Below are positions 39,848-49,373 of a DNA stretch of 64,000 bases, one piece after another (the stretch's first letter is position 1; every line of letters begins with the position of its first letter). The stretch comes from Candidatus Hadarchaeales archaeon (lineage in GTDB: Archaea > Hadarchaeota > Hadarchaeia > Hadarchaeales > WYZ-LMO6). The notes under the pieces are model-generated. The model did no database searches and had not been told where the DNA came from. It saw only the letters and a list, made by a program, of their open reading frames with translations. The stretch spans positions 22,093 to 86,092 of the forward strand of contig JAVYML010000003.1 of the NCBI GenBank assembly GCA_038736355.1, written 5' to 3'. Both the position numbers and the translations under genes were made by a program.

Positions 39848-41185
39848 GTGGTAGGGCTGAGCGTTCCTTCCCCCGTTCCCCTGTTCATCTTTGTTTTCAC
39901 CGTTTTCCTCATCTTTAGGCATCCCCTCTTCAGGATTCCCTTCACCTCGAAGTACTTTCACATAGACTACGGATGGGCGCCCCTTCTAGGAGTTCTCTTT
40001 CTCCTTTTCACTGGGTATGCGGATGTGGATACGATCGTGGGAGGAGTCGTGGGAAGGAATGGTTTTCATCCCTATTCCATCCTCCTCTTGATCCTTTCCC
40101 TCTCCTATCTCTGCGTTTCCCTGGACTATCGTGGATTTTTCGAGTATCTCTCCCTCCACATCACCCGCTTCTCGAAGGGATCCGGTAGGAGACTTTTTTT
40201 TCTCTTCTTTCTCCTCACTTCCTTCCTCACCCTTTTTACGGACAACGATATCGTGATCCTCACCATGACCCTCATCATTTTTTACATGACGAAAAAGAGT
40301 GGAGCGGATCCCCTTCCCTTCCTCTTCTGTCAGTTCTTCACCGTGAACACGCTTGGAATGGCCCTCTACATAGGCAATCCCACCAACATCATCGCCGCCG
40401 ATTCCATGGGACTTTCTTTTTTGGAATTCGCTAAGTGGATGTTTCTTCCCTCCTTGGTGGGAGCCTTCGTCGGGTTTGGATTCCTCTACGTCCTTTTCCG
40501 CCGCAGGATACCGGAGAAAGTGGAACTCCTCGATATAGAACCGAGTTCGGTGTTGAGGAAGGGAAAGGGTGTTTGGGTGGGGGTGGCAGGCTTGGCGGGT
40601 GCCATCCTTTTCATGTCCCTTCCTGCAGACCTCAGGAAGGTTCCCATGTGGGTGGGTGTGGCCTCGATGGCCCTCCTCCTCCTGATCTTCGATTTCTTTA
40701 CCTACGGAAAAAAAGTCCCACCCCTCCTTAGGCTCCCTTGGAAACTGGTCCCCTTCTTGGTGGGCCTTTTCATCCAGATGGAAGCCCTTTCCGCCTGTGG
40801 TTGGACGGATCTCCTGGCACCAGTCTTTTCTTCGTTGGGCGGTCTCCTTCCCACCCTCTTCCTCCTCACTCTCTTTTCCTCGCTATTGGCAGGAGTGATG
40901 AACAATCATCCCATGACCCTTTTCATCGTTAGAACCTTTCAAAGCCCAGAATTTTCCCCGCAGGGTGATCTCAAGCTGGCATCCACGCTCGGACTGATTG
41001 CCGGGAGCAACTTGGGAGCTAACCTCTTCCTCACAGGGGCCTTGGCGGGACTCATGTGGGCCAAGCTCCTTTCCGACAAGGGCTATTCCGTGACCTTCTC
41101 CCAGTTCAGCAAGTATGGGTTTGCCCTGACCCTTCCCGTGATGGGTGTGATTTCCCTACTGCTCTGGATAGAACTCCTCTTGTGA
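39848..41185 (+). CDS. ArsB/NhaD-family ion transporter
   Basis: TDNDIVIL, IGNPTNII, MNNHP, GSNLGANL..TGALAGLMW. Confidence 0.85.
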   Translation: MVGLSVPSPVPLFIFVFTVFLIFRHPLFRIPFTSKYFHIDYGWAPLLGVLFLLFTGYADVDTIVGGVVGRNGFHPYSILLLILSLSYLCVSLDYRGFFEYLSLHITRFSKGSGRRLFFLFFLLTSFLTLFTDNDIVILTMTLIIFYMTKKSGADPLPFLFCQFFTVNTLGMALYIGNPTNIIAADSMGLSFLEFAKWMFLPSLVGAFVGFGFLYVLFRRRIPEKVELLDIEPSSVLRKGKGVWVGVAGLAGAILFMSLPADLRKVPMWVGVASMALLLLIFDFFTYGKKVPPLLRLPWKLVPFLVGLFIQMEALSACGWTDLLAPVFSSLGGLLPTLFLLTLFSSLLAGVMNNHPMTLFIVRTFQSPEFSPQGDLKLASTLGLIAGSNLGANLFLTGALAGLMWAKLLSDKGYSVTFSQFSKYGFALTLPVMGVISLLLWIELLL

Positions 41186-41186
41186 T

Positions 41187-42209
41187 TCAGAGCTTCCAAT
41201 AGTTGCGCAGTAAACTCTTGAGCTCCTCCACAGCCTTTACTTCCTTGGGTGGAGGGGGAGGAGGACCCCTTTCCTCCAGCAGGACCTTCACCACTTCCAC
41301 CACGGCCTTCCCCATGCTCGAGGGGGCATAGCCACCTTCCAGCACCATCACCACCTTCGCCCCACACCTCTTTGCACCTTCCACGATCATCCCCGTCAGC
41401 CAAGCATAGGAGGAGGGGAGAAGCTCCAGTTGGGTGAGGGGATCCTCTTTCAAGGGATCCAACCCAAGGGAAACCGCTACCATTTCTGGTTTGAATTCTT
41501 CCAATAGCGGGAGGAAAATTCCCTCCATCGCGTAGGCATATTCCCCTTCTCCACTTCCAGGAGGGAGAGGGACGTTTACATTGAATCCCTCTCCTTCACC
41601 TTCTCCCAGTTCGTCTACGAAACCACACCAGGGATAGAGGGTACGGGGATCCTGGTGTAGGGAAAGGAAGAGGACTTCAGGATCGCTGTAGAAAATTTCC
41701 TGAGTCCCGTTTCCATGGTGGGCATCCAAATCTAAGATGAGGGTTTTCCTCAACCCCAAATCTTCCCTCATCCTTTCCACCATTATGGCGATGTTGTTGA
41801 AATAGCAGAAACCTCCTCCAGTACCCCTACCCGCGTGATGTCCTGGAGGTCTCAGAAGGGCAAAGGCATTCTTCCACTTACCAGACTTCACACCCTTTCC
41901 TGCCTCAAGAGCTGCCCCTACCGCTAACTTGGCAATTTCCAGTGTCCCCTTCTTCAGGGGGGTGTCCGAATCCAGTTCCATTTCCCTTTCCTCCATCCTC
42001 TCGAGGAGCTGTAGGTAGGAAGGTTCGTGGACCAGCAGTAAGTCCTCCTCCGTGCAGGGGGAGGGATGGATTACCTTTATTTTGGATGAATACCACCATC
42101 CCTCCTTTTTCAGCGTATCCACGATGGCCCTAAGCCTGCGCGGGGATTCGGGATGGTTTCTGCCAGGATGATGTTTCAGGAATTCCTGCGAGTAAAGGAG
42201 GGTGGTCAA
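41187..42209 (-). CDS. Histone deacetylase-family (AcuC/HDAC) hydrolase
   Basis: HPESPRRL, RPPGHHA, GFCYFNN, DLDAHHGNGTQ, LEGGY. Confidence 0.93.
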   Translation of the reverse strand: MTTLLYSQEFLKHHPGRNHPESPRRLRAIVDTLKKEGWWYSSKIKVIHPSPCTEEDLLLVHEPSYLQLLERMEEREMELDSDTPLKKGTLEIAKLAVGAALEAGKGVKSGKWKNAFALLRPPGHHAGRGTGGGFCYFNNIAIMVERMREDLGLRKTLILDLDAHHGNGTQEIFYSDPEVLFLSLHQDPRTLYPWCGFVDELGEGEGEGFNVNVPLPPGSGEGEYAYAMEGIFLPLLEEFKPEMVAVSLGLDPLKEDPLTQLELLPSSYAWLTGMIVEGAKRCGAKVVMVLEGGYAPSSMGKAVVEVVKVLLEERGPPPPPPKEVKAVEELKSLLRNYWKL

Positions 42210-42874
42210 ATTATCCTAGCCTCCTCTATGAGGAGATAGCCACTGCTCCCCTTCCATATCTTCCTGGCCCTAACGATTTCGATCCTGCGTTTGGAAAAAG
42301 GGGAGGAAAGAACGAAGGTTTCGTATTCTCCCCCCTCCCCCACAGGATCAAAACCGTATCTCGAGCTCTTCTCCAGCAGCTCCTCCACACTCCTTTCATC
42401 CAACTTCCTCCCAAGCCACTCCTCCCCCAATCCCTCGGCCGAAACGGAGGTTATCATCACCTCGAAACCCTCTTCGAGGAGTTCTCTCAGGAGGGAAGGG
42501 CGACTCTCCCCCCAAAGGGGATGGAGGGCCTTGATTCCCAGTCTCCTACAGATTTCGTCCACCCTCTTGCGCTGGTAGTTGGAGGCCACCGCCCCACTCA
42601 CTATTCCCTCCACTTCGAGACCCCTTAATACCTCTTCCAGTTCCTCCATCTCCTTTTCCTTTTCCCCGGAGCTTTCCACCCCTAGGAAGGGAAAACCGGC
42701 ACATTCGGCGAAGAGTCCGGCCAACCTAGCGTTGGGATAGTGGAAGAGCCAAGAATCCTCCCTGCGGGGAAAGAGGGTGACCACCTTCTCTATCCTGTGA
42801 CCTTCCTTTACCACCCTCCACATCGCAAGGGCCGAATCCTTTCCTCCGGAGCAGAGGGCAGCAAGCCTCATCAT
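42206..42874 (-). CDS. Diphthine-ammonia ligase family PP-loop ATPase
   Basis: SGGKDS, SGAVASNYQ, GEGGEYETFV. Confidence 0.9.
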   Translation of the reverse strand: MMRLAALCSGGKDSALAMWRVVKEGHRIEKVVTLFPRREDSWLFHYPNARLAGLFAECAGFPFLGVESSGEKEKEMEELEEVLRGLEVEGIVSGAVASNYQRKRVDEICRRLGIKALHPLWGESRPSLLRELLEEGFEVMITSVSAEGLGEEWLGRKLDERSVEELLEKSSRYGFDPVGEGGEYETFVLSSPFSKRRIEIVRARKIWKGSSGYLLIEEARII

Positions 42875-42904
42875 TCCTTTTTTATCGGATGGAGTAAATT
42901 CTCT

Positions 42905-43228
42905 GTGTCCCTCAGGCTCCCTCTAGCCCTTTGTCTGGTCTTCGTGGGTTCCTTCCTACTCTTGGAAGCCTCCACCCCCCTTCCCTCCTCCTTTTTGGAT
43001 TTCTCCCTTCTTTGCCTGGCCCTGGCTTCCATCCTCTCAGGCTTTCTCCTGGTGGAGCCTTCCTCTCAACTTTTTCCCTGCCTCCTAGTAGGTTTGGGAT
43101 TTTCCCTCCTCCTCCAAAGGGAAAAGGAAAACTTTTCGGAGGCAAACGAATGGATCTTTTTGATCCTCTCCTTTCTCCTCTTTTTCTTGGCTATCTTCTC
43201 TTACAAACTCCTAAGGCCGAGGAAATAG
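42905..43228 (+). CDS. Hypothetical small membrane protein
   Basis: Four hydrophobic segments filling the gap between two minus-strand genes; start guessed. Confidence 0.45.
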   Translation: MSLRLPLALCLVFVGSFLLLEASTPLPSSFLDFSLLCLALASILSGFLLVEPSSQLFPCLLVGLGFSLLLQREKENFSEANEWIFLILSFLLFFLAIFSYKLLRPRK

Positions 43229-44391
43229 AGCGTACAGGGAAGGAGGATTACCCCCATTCCGTGGGATCTCCTTACTCCCACCCTTCCAGGGAGAAGGCCT
43301 ATGGCAGTGGCCGTGAAGAGGAGGGGTAAACCGATTGGACCACAGAGGAAAAGGGTGAGGAAAAGGATGAAGAAGAAAATGGAAAGGCAGAGGATCCTGT
43401 AGGGAACTTTTGAGATTTTGGAGAAAACCAGCCTTCCCAGGGGAAGGACCAAGAGGGTGGAGAGAGCACCAGCCAGCAATGCCACGCCTAGAAGGGAGAG
43501 GAGTTCTCCCCTTCCCATCTCTAGGAGCTCCCCCACTGCTATCGCTGCTCCACTCCTAGGTTTGCCTATGGCGTAGAGGGCCACGAAGGAAAAGAGTACC
43601 TTCACCATGTTGACCACGCTCACCGAGAAGAGGAAGTCCTCCACCCTCTTCGAGCGGGTGAGTAGCTGGGAGAGCACCGTTCCCTCGGCGGGCCCTATTC
43701 CTGGAAGGAAGCCCGTGAAGATTCCGGCCCCCACTCCCGAGAGGAGGGGTGGAAGGGAAGGTCTGAATTCCCCTTCTACTTTCTGTTCTGGTAGCTTCTT
43801 TCTCGAGGCAAGACTCTCCAGCATCACGCTAGTTCCGAAGAGTCCGGTTAGGAGGGGCATGAGTACCTTGCCACCCAGGTCGAGCGTGAGCAAACCGAGG
43901 GCTCCGGAGAGAAGAAAAATGAGGAGGGACCAGAGCATGCGGTATAGGCTCCCTTCCGAGAGGATCATCAGGAGGATCACGGCAAGCAAGATCCATCCAA
44001 TGAGCGGATTCAAGAGCGCATAGATTCTTCCAAAGATTTCCGCTAGGAGCAGGGCGAAGAGCACGCCCATGAAGAGACCCCAGAGACAACCGGTAGTTGT
44101 GATTTTCAGGGAGAGATAACCCTTTCCTTCCAGCACCATTCTGTGGGAGGGGAGCACGGAAAGGGCAGTACCCTCTTCAGGAACTCCAAGGAAGGTTGAG
44201 GGAAGGTAACTGATGAAGGTTTGTACTACCGCCATGGTAACGACAACCATGGCCCCAGCGAGGGGTGGAAAGTGAAGGGAAAGGATAAGGAGGGGTATTA
44301 AGGGGGTAAGGTTGTTCACGTGTATACCCGGAAGGAGCCCGGCGAAAATCCCGAGCCCCATCCCCAGCAAGAAGCACAAAAGAAATTCCAT
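43201..44391 (-). CDS. Archaeal TctA-like (DUF112) membrane protein
   Basis: GLLPGIHVN, PSTFLGVP, SVLPSHRMVLEGKG, RSGA. Confidence 0.82.
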   Translation of the reverse strand: MEFLLCFLLGMGLGIFAGLLPGIHVNNLTPLIPLLILSLHFPPLAGAMVVVTMAVVQTFISYLPSTFLGVPEEGTALSVLPSHRMVLEGKGYLSLKITTTGCLWGLFMGVLFALLLAEIFGRIYALLNPLIGWILLAVILLMILSEGSLYRMLWSLLIFLLSGALGLLTLDLGGKVLMPLLTGLFGTSVMLESLASRKKLPEQKVEGEFRPSLPPLLSGVGAGIFTGFLPGIGPAEGTVLSQLLTRSKRVEDFLFSVSVVNMVKVLFSFVALYAIGKPRSGAAIAVGELLEMGRGELLSLLGVALLAGALSTLLVLPLGRLVFSKISKVPYRILCLSIFFFILFLTLFLCGPIGLPLLFTATAIGLLPGRVGVRRSHGMGVILLPCTLYFLGLRSL

Positions 44392-44393
44392 TG

Positions 44394-45023
44394 TTAGTAG
44401 AAGTACAGATGGGTGTTCCTTTTCACCACTACTTCCAGTTTTCCTCGGTAAAGCTGTACCCTTCCAGCCGCCACGATCCTCTCTCCCACCTTCACCCCGA
44501 TGCTGAAGGGAAGGAAGATACTGAGTTCTTCCCCATCCTCTTCTAGGGTTAGGAGGAGGAAGTTCTCTCCCACCTTCGTTACTTCCTTCACCCTACCCTC
44601 TACCTTTACTAGCTTCCCCACTTCTTCCTTCCCTATTTCACCAACCCTGCGTGGAGCTTCCCTTTTGATCCTGATATCTCCAGGCTTGCTTGGGACCACT
44701 TCGAGCTCCCCCTTCCATTCCTTAACCTTTCCCCTCACTTCCACCCAATCCAGCAACTCTATTCTCTTCTCCATTCCTTTCCTCACCCCTGCGAAAAGGG
44801 GAACGGAAACGGTAAGGTTCTCCTCCCCCACTTTCAGGAAGAGATGTCCATCGGGATGCTCACTCAAGTCCATCACCCTTCCGGAGAGGAGGACCGTACT
44901 CCCCAACCTTTCCTTGGTGAGGGAGGAAACCTCAAGCCTTTCCGGTTCGGAGAGCCTGAACCCCAGGTAAATCAGGAGAAGTCCCATGACCGCACAGATC
45001 AAGATCAACTTTTCCGTTTTCAT
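44394..45023 (-). CDS. Membrane-anchored tandem OB-fold protein
   Basis: N-terminal TM helix, two repeats with VEVRGKVKEWKGELEV and AAGRVQLYRGKLEV. Confidence 0.75.
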   Translation of the reverse strand: MKTEKLILICAVMGLLLIYLGFRLSEPERLEVSSLTKERLGSTVLLSGRVMDLSEHPDGHLFLKVGEENLTVSVPLFAGVRKGMEKRIELLDWVEVRGKVKEWKGELEVVPSKPGDIRIKREAPRRVGEIGKEEVGKLVKVEGRVKEVTKVGENFLLLTLEEDGEELSIFLPFSIGVKVGERIVAAGRVQLYRGKLEVVVKRNTHLYFY

Positions 45024-45075
45024 CGGTCGGGATGGGGAGTAAGTTTTTTATAAGGAGAAAAAACGAACGGAAACT

Positions 45076-46395
45076 ATGAACAGGTGGATTTGTCCCCTTC
45101 TCTCCTCCCTCCTTCTTCTTTTCCTCCTTCCTCCCTCCTTCGCCGGTTCTTCTGTCTATTCCTTCCAAGCCACCTACAGGCTCACCAACACCAGTTCCTC
45201 CGAAGTAGAGGGTTGGCTAGAGGTCTTTGCCTTTGACAACGAGAACTTCGGGTGGGATTTCCAAGTGGTACTGGAAGAGAACTTCTCTCCCATGCCGCAA
45301 GAGTTTCGCGGGGAGGATAATAGGATCTTGAAGTTCCTTTTGGGAAAGCTTCCTCCAGGAAGTTGGAAGGAGGTCCGCCTAATCCAGCTCCTGAGGGTGA
45401 AAGGAAGGAAGTGGGAAAGGCTGGAGGGGGAGGGGGAAATCCCACAAGAGCTCCTGAAGTTCACGGTCCCCGTCCCGAACCTCTGGGAGGATGCTCCGGA
45501 GTTGAAGGAGAAGGCGGAGGAGTTGAGGGGGGAAACCCCCTATTTGACCGCCAAGAACCTCTTCGAGTTCGTGAAAAACCATCTGAGTTATGTCAAATGG
45601 GCTCAGGATCAGAGTGCCCTTCAGGCCTATCGAAGCCGTGTGGGAAAGTGTACGGAGTTCACCAACCTCTTCATTGCGCTGGCTAGGCTCTCCGGTCTTC
45701 CCGCCAAGTTCCTAGCTGGATATGGCTACAACTCCAAGCTGGGTGAAAACGCCGAGGAAATGGGGCATGCCTTTGCAATCCTGTACCTCCCGGGTGTGGG
45801 ATGGGTGCCGGTGGACGAGACTTGGATGGGAGGACAGTTTGGGGAACTGGGGGAGGATCATCTCATCCTCTTCTCCAGCGATGGTTCCAATTTGGTAAAG
45901 AACGGAAGGGTGAGCATTCCGGGTGAGAAATGGAGTGGGGGAACGAAGCTGGAAAAATTCCTCTACCTTTACAGGGAGGCAGCGGTGGAAGCGGACCTGA
46001 AGAGAGGGGGACTGGAGAATGGAAAAATAGCAGTGATGGTAACTCTGAGAAATACTGGCAGGAGCATTCTCGAAGATCTAACCGTGCGCTTGGAAGTGGA
46101 GGAGGACTCTTTCCGTCCCGTGGCCCCACAGATGGTGAAGAGGCTGTCTCCCAGGGAGGAGGTGGAGGTGGATTTCTACTTGGAGCCCTTGAGGGGAGCG
46201 GAGAATTCTCCCTTGAGGGCAGAGGTATGGGCCCGCAGCCCCTATGGGGAGGTTTCCTCGGAGAGCACCATGTTCCTTACGGTGGTTATCGAACCCGCAC
46301 CTTCCCCACTCCCTCTGCCCTCCGAGCTCCTTCTATCCGCGGTAGCAGGGTTAGTGGTGGTAGTAGTCCTGATCCTTCTCCTCAAACGCCGCTGA
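45076..46395 (+). CDS. Secreted, C-terminally anchored transglutaminase-like domain protein
   Basis: Signal peptide; GKCTEFT...ARLSGLPAK, GHAFA, GWVPVD triad; Ig-like domain; C-terminal TM plus KRR. Confidence 0.85.
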   Translation: MNRWICPLLSSLLLLFLLPPSFAGSSVYSFQATYRLTNTSSSEVEGWLEVFAFDNENFGWDFQVVLEENFSPMPQEFRGEDNRILKFLLGKLPPGSWKEVRLIQLLRVKGRKWERLEGEGEIPQELLKFTVPVPNLWEDAPELKEKAEELRGETPYLTAKNLFEFVKNHLSYVKWAQDQSALQAYRSRVGKCTEFTNLFIALARLSGLPAKFLAGYGYNSKLGENAEEMGHAFAILYLPGVGWVPVDETWMGGQFGELGEDHLILFSSDGSNLVKNGRVSIPGEKWSGGTKLEKFLYLYREAAVEADLKRGGLENGKIAVMVTLRNTGRSILEDLTVRLEVEEDSFRPVAPQMVKRLSPREEVEVDFYLEPLRGAENSPLRAEVWARSPYGEVSSESTMFLTVVIEPAPSPLPLPSELLLSAVAGLVVVVVLILLLKRR

Positions 46396-46434
46396 TTTCT
46401 CCGTTTTAAAATTCCTCCATCTCAAACAACTCCG

Positions 46435-46590
46435 ATGGGTTCGCTCCCCTTTCTTCTCCTCCTAGCGGTCCTTTGGTATCTTTTCGTCTGGCAGAAGGGA
46501 AAGCTGGTAGAAAGAAGGAACGACCTCTTACAGGCCCTACGAAGGGTGGAGGAGGATCTGCGCAGGGCCTTGGAGGGAGAGCATGCATGA
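46435..46590 (+). CDS. Hypothetical 51-aa single-TM protein (not in ORF track)
   Basis: MGSLPFLLLLAVLWYLFVWQKG...; stop overlaps the next start. Confidence 0.5.
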   Translation: MGSLPFLLLLAVLWYLFVWQKGKLVERRNDLLQALRRVEEDLRRALEGEHA

Positions 46591-47125
46591 GGAACTTTTG
46601 AGAAGGGTGGAAAAGTTGGCGGGGGAGGAAAGGCTTTCTCCATCTTTCTTTGATGGGATTCTGGAACTGCTTTTGGAAATAAGGTCCAGACCTTCCCTTA
46701 GCTCCGATCCGGAGATAGCATCGGTTCTCCAGTGGATGGAGGAACTGAGCTTCAGGCTGAAGGATTCCGATAGGGGTTGCAGGTCTGGCTTTCTCAGGGA
46801 GGAGTGGAGGAGGATTAGGATTTACGAGTTCAGGAGGTTGAAGGAGGGTCTCTCAGTGTTGGAAAAAAGGTTGAGGGAACGTCTACGAGGAGACCCTCCC
46901 TTGGAGCTGAGAAGGTTGGTGGAAGAAATGAGGGAGGAGGGCGCGATAAGGGAAACCACTTGGGCCCTCCTGCTTTCCTCCCCTTGGGGTAAGAGGGAAA
47001 TGGAAAGGAGGGAAGTGAAGGAAGCCCTCCTCAGGGTCCTGCGCCTCTTCTCGGAGTTTAGGGAGTTGAGGAGGGAAAACCGTGGGATGGAGAAAAAAGA
47101 CTTCGGTGCTGGTGGAGCACGGTAG
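46583..47125 (+). CDS. Hypothetical helical protein
   Basis: Genome-typical E/R/L-rich composition, in an operon-like run. Confidence 0.6.
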   Translation: MHEELLRRVEKLAGEERLSPSFFDGILELLLEIRSRPSLSSDPEIASVLQWMEELSFRLKDSDRGCRSGFLREEWRRIRIYEFRRLKEGLSVLEKRLRERLRGDPPLELRRLVEEMREEGAIRETTWALLLSSPWGKREMERREVKEALLRVLRLFSEFRELRRENRGMEKKDFGAGGAR

Positions 47126-47240
47126 ATGGATTTCTCAACTCCTCAACGACTTCAGGGTGTTGGAGCAGCGCTTGGAGCACTTGGAAAAAAGGGTTGGAAT
47201 GCTGGAGGAGTGTCTCCGCCGTCTTTTGGAGGGAAAATGA
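47082..47240 (+). CDS. Hypothetical 52-aa coiled-coil protein (not in ORF track)
   Basis: GTG...LEQRLEHLEKRVGMLEECLRRLLEGK; stop abuts the ATPase start. Confidence 0.4.
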   Translation: MGWRKKTSVLVEHGRWISQLLNDFRVLEQRLEHLEKRVGMLEECLRRLLEGK

Positions 47241-49373
47241 TTGGTTTGTGGTTTCAGGATCCTGAGATTTGGCAGGAAGAGGGTTCTGCGCTTCGAATGC
47301 GAAACCTGTGGGGAGAGTGCAGATCCGGGGCTCTCCAGCAAGTGCATGGAGGGCTTGCTTCGGGGACTGGCTGATTGCCCCGAGGTAGAAGAGGTACAGT
47401 TTCCCGGAGCCTACGAGAAGGAATATGCGGGGGAAGAACTGAAGGGTCTGAAAAAGCTAGCTTTTCTCCTTTTCGACTGGGAACTCAGAGCAATGATGAA
47501 AACTTGTGTGGGATGTGGAAGATGCGAGGGGGAGAGGAAGAACCTCCTCTCTTCTCTTTCCTCCCGTCTTTCCCTTTCTCCCCTTCAGGCCAAGGAGAAA
47601 TTGAGGGGTTTTCTCGGGGAGATGGAGGCCCTATCCAAAGGGGGAAGTGGGAAATGCAGGGAATGCCGTTCCTTCTTCCTAAAGGAGTTCTTGCGCCCCA
47701 TGTGGGAAGAACTGAGAAAAACTTGTGAGGAGGTCTTCAGGGAGGGAAGGCTTGCCGGGCCCAAACTCCGCCCTTCTTTCATGTTCTCCAAGCTGAGGAT
47801 GGATCCTCCACTTGGCTCGGAGCCTGTAGAGGAATACAGCTTGCCAGGAGGAAAGGTGAAAATTTACAGATATCCTCCCACTTCTCAGTTCCTCTACTTC
47901 CTCTTTCCCAACGAGTGTTTTCTTCCTCCGGACTTCGTGAGGCTTCTCCACGAGCTCAGGGAAAACCTCTTCCGGGATCCTCCTTCTTTAGAGGGTGACA
48001 GGGAAGTTCTGGAGGAAAAGATCAGGAGACTGTCGGCGAAGAGGATAGCGGAGGAGATGGGGAGGAGGGGTTGGAGGACTGGAAAGGAAGAGATATACCG
48101 TCTTTCGGAGTCCCTGACCAGGTTTACCGTGGGTTTTGGAGTGCTGGAACTCCTTTTCTCGGACGAGAAGGTCCAAGATATCTATCTGGATGCCCCACCC
48201 GGAGAGACCCCCATTCACCTTTACCATCAGGATTTCGAGGAGTGTCTCACGAACGTTTATCCTTCGGAGGAGGAAGCGGAGCTTTTGGTTTCAAGGTTGA
48301 GGGCCCTAAGCGGCAGACCCTTTTCCGAGGCTGATCCCGTACTGGAGGCAGAGCTTGGGGAAGTGAGGATTACGGCTATAGGACCTCCCCTCAGCCCGGA
48401 AGGAAAGGCCTTTTCCTTCAGGAAACACCGCTCCTCTCCCTGGACCCTCCCCCAGTTTGTGAAAATGGGTTTTCTCGATTCTTCCACGGCTTCTCTCCTT
48501 AGCCTCTTAGTGGATGCACAGGCTTCCCTTCTCCTGACGGGTACGAGGGGCTCGGGCAAGACTTCCCTCCTCACGAGTCTCCTCTTCGAACTTCCTCCCA
48601 AGTTGAGGATTCTCCTGCTCGAGGACACGGCCGAGCTTCCCTCTGCCTTTCTTCGCGCGTTGGGATTCAAGGTACAGACTCTTCGCATACGTTCACCGAT
48701 AGGTAGAACAGAAGTTGAACCCTCTGCGGAGGAGGCCCTGCGGACCGCCCTTAGGCTCGGAGAATCCGTGTTGGTGGTGGGAGAAGTAAGGGGCCCCGAG
48801 GCCAGAACCCTCTTCGAAGCGATGAGGGTGGGGGCGGCGGGGAACTGCGTGATGGGAACCATCCACGGGGCCAATGCGCGGGAAGTCTTCGAGAGGGTGG
48901 TTCATGACTTGGGAGTGCAGCCCTCTTCTTTCATGGCCGTGGATGCCGTGGTGTCAACTGCTCCCATCAGGCCCCTCGGAGGGATGAAGAAGAGGAGGAA
49001 GGTAGTGCAGGTGGCGGAGGTGGTGAAGGGGAAGGAGGGAGAGTTCAGGGAACTGGTGAGGTATGAGGTGGGGAGGGATAGATTCGTAATGAAGGGATGG
49101 AAGGCCTCAGAGCTCCTTCGTTCCGTGGCGAGGAAGTGGGGAATGGATCTCCGTACTCTCCTGTCCTATTGGAGGTTGAAGGAGAAGCTTCTCAGAACGC
49201 TCGTGGAGGCGAGTTCGAGGAAGGGGAGACCGGAGCTTCTGGAGGCTAGGTTCCTCTTCCGCTCCAATCAGAGGTTTAGGCTGCTTTGGGAGGAAGAAGT
49301 GGAGGGGGGAAGGCCCCTTCCCGAGAGAGTGGAAAAGAGGTGGAAGGAATGGTTGAGAAAAGCAGTCGAGTGA
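47241..49373 (+). CDS. Type II/IV secretion (TadA/VirB11-like) ATPase with Cys-rich N-terminus
   Basis: GTRGSGKTS, LEDTAEL, LRLGESVLVVGEVRGPEA, GTIHG. Confidence 0.9.
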   Translation: MVCGFRILRFGRKRVLRFECETCGESADPGLSSKCMEGLLRGLADCPEVEEVQFPGAYEKEYAGEELKGLKKLAFLLFDWELRAMMKTCVGCGRCEGERKNLLSSLSSRLSLSPLQAKEKLRGFLGEMEALSKGGSGKCRECRSFFLKEFLRPMWEELRKTCEEVFREGRLAGPKLRPSFMFSKLRMDPPLGSEPVEEYSLPGGKVKIYRYPPTSQFLYFLFPNECFLPPDFVRLLHELRENLFRDPPSLEGDREVLEEKIRRLSAKRIAEEMGRRGWRTGKEEIYRLSESLTRFTVGFGVLELLFSDEKVQDIYLDAPPGETPIHLYHQDFEECLTNVYPSEEEAELLVSRLRALSGRPFSEADPVLEAELGEVRITAIGPPLSPEGKAFSFRKHRSSPWTLPQFVKMGFLDSSTASLLSLLVDAQASLLLTGTRGSGKTSLLTSLLFELPPKLRILLLEDTAELPSAFLRALGFKVQTLRIRSPIGRTEVEPSAEEALRTALRLGESVLVVGEVRGPEARTLFEAMRVGAAGNCVMGTIHGANAREVFERVVHDLGVQPSSFMAVDAVVSTAPIRPLGGMKKRRKVVQVAEVVKGKEGEFRELVRYEVGRDRFVMKGWKASELLRSVARKWGMDLRTLLSYWRLKEKLLRTLVEASSRKGRPELLEARFLFRSNQRFRLLWEEEVEGGRPLPERVEKRWKEWLRKAVE

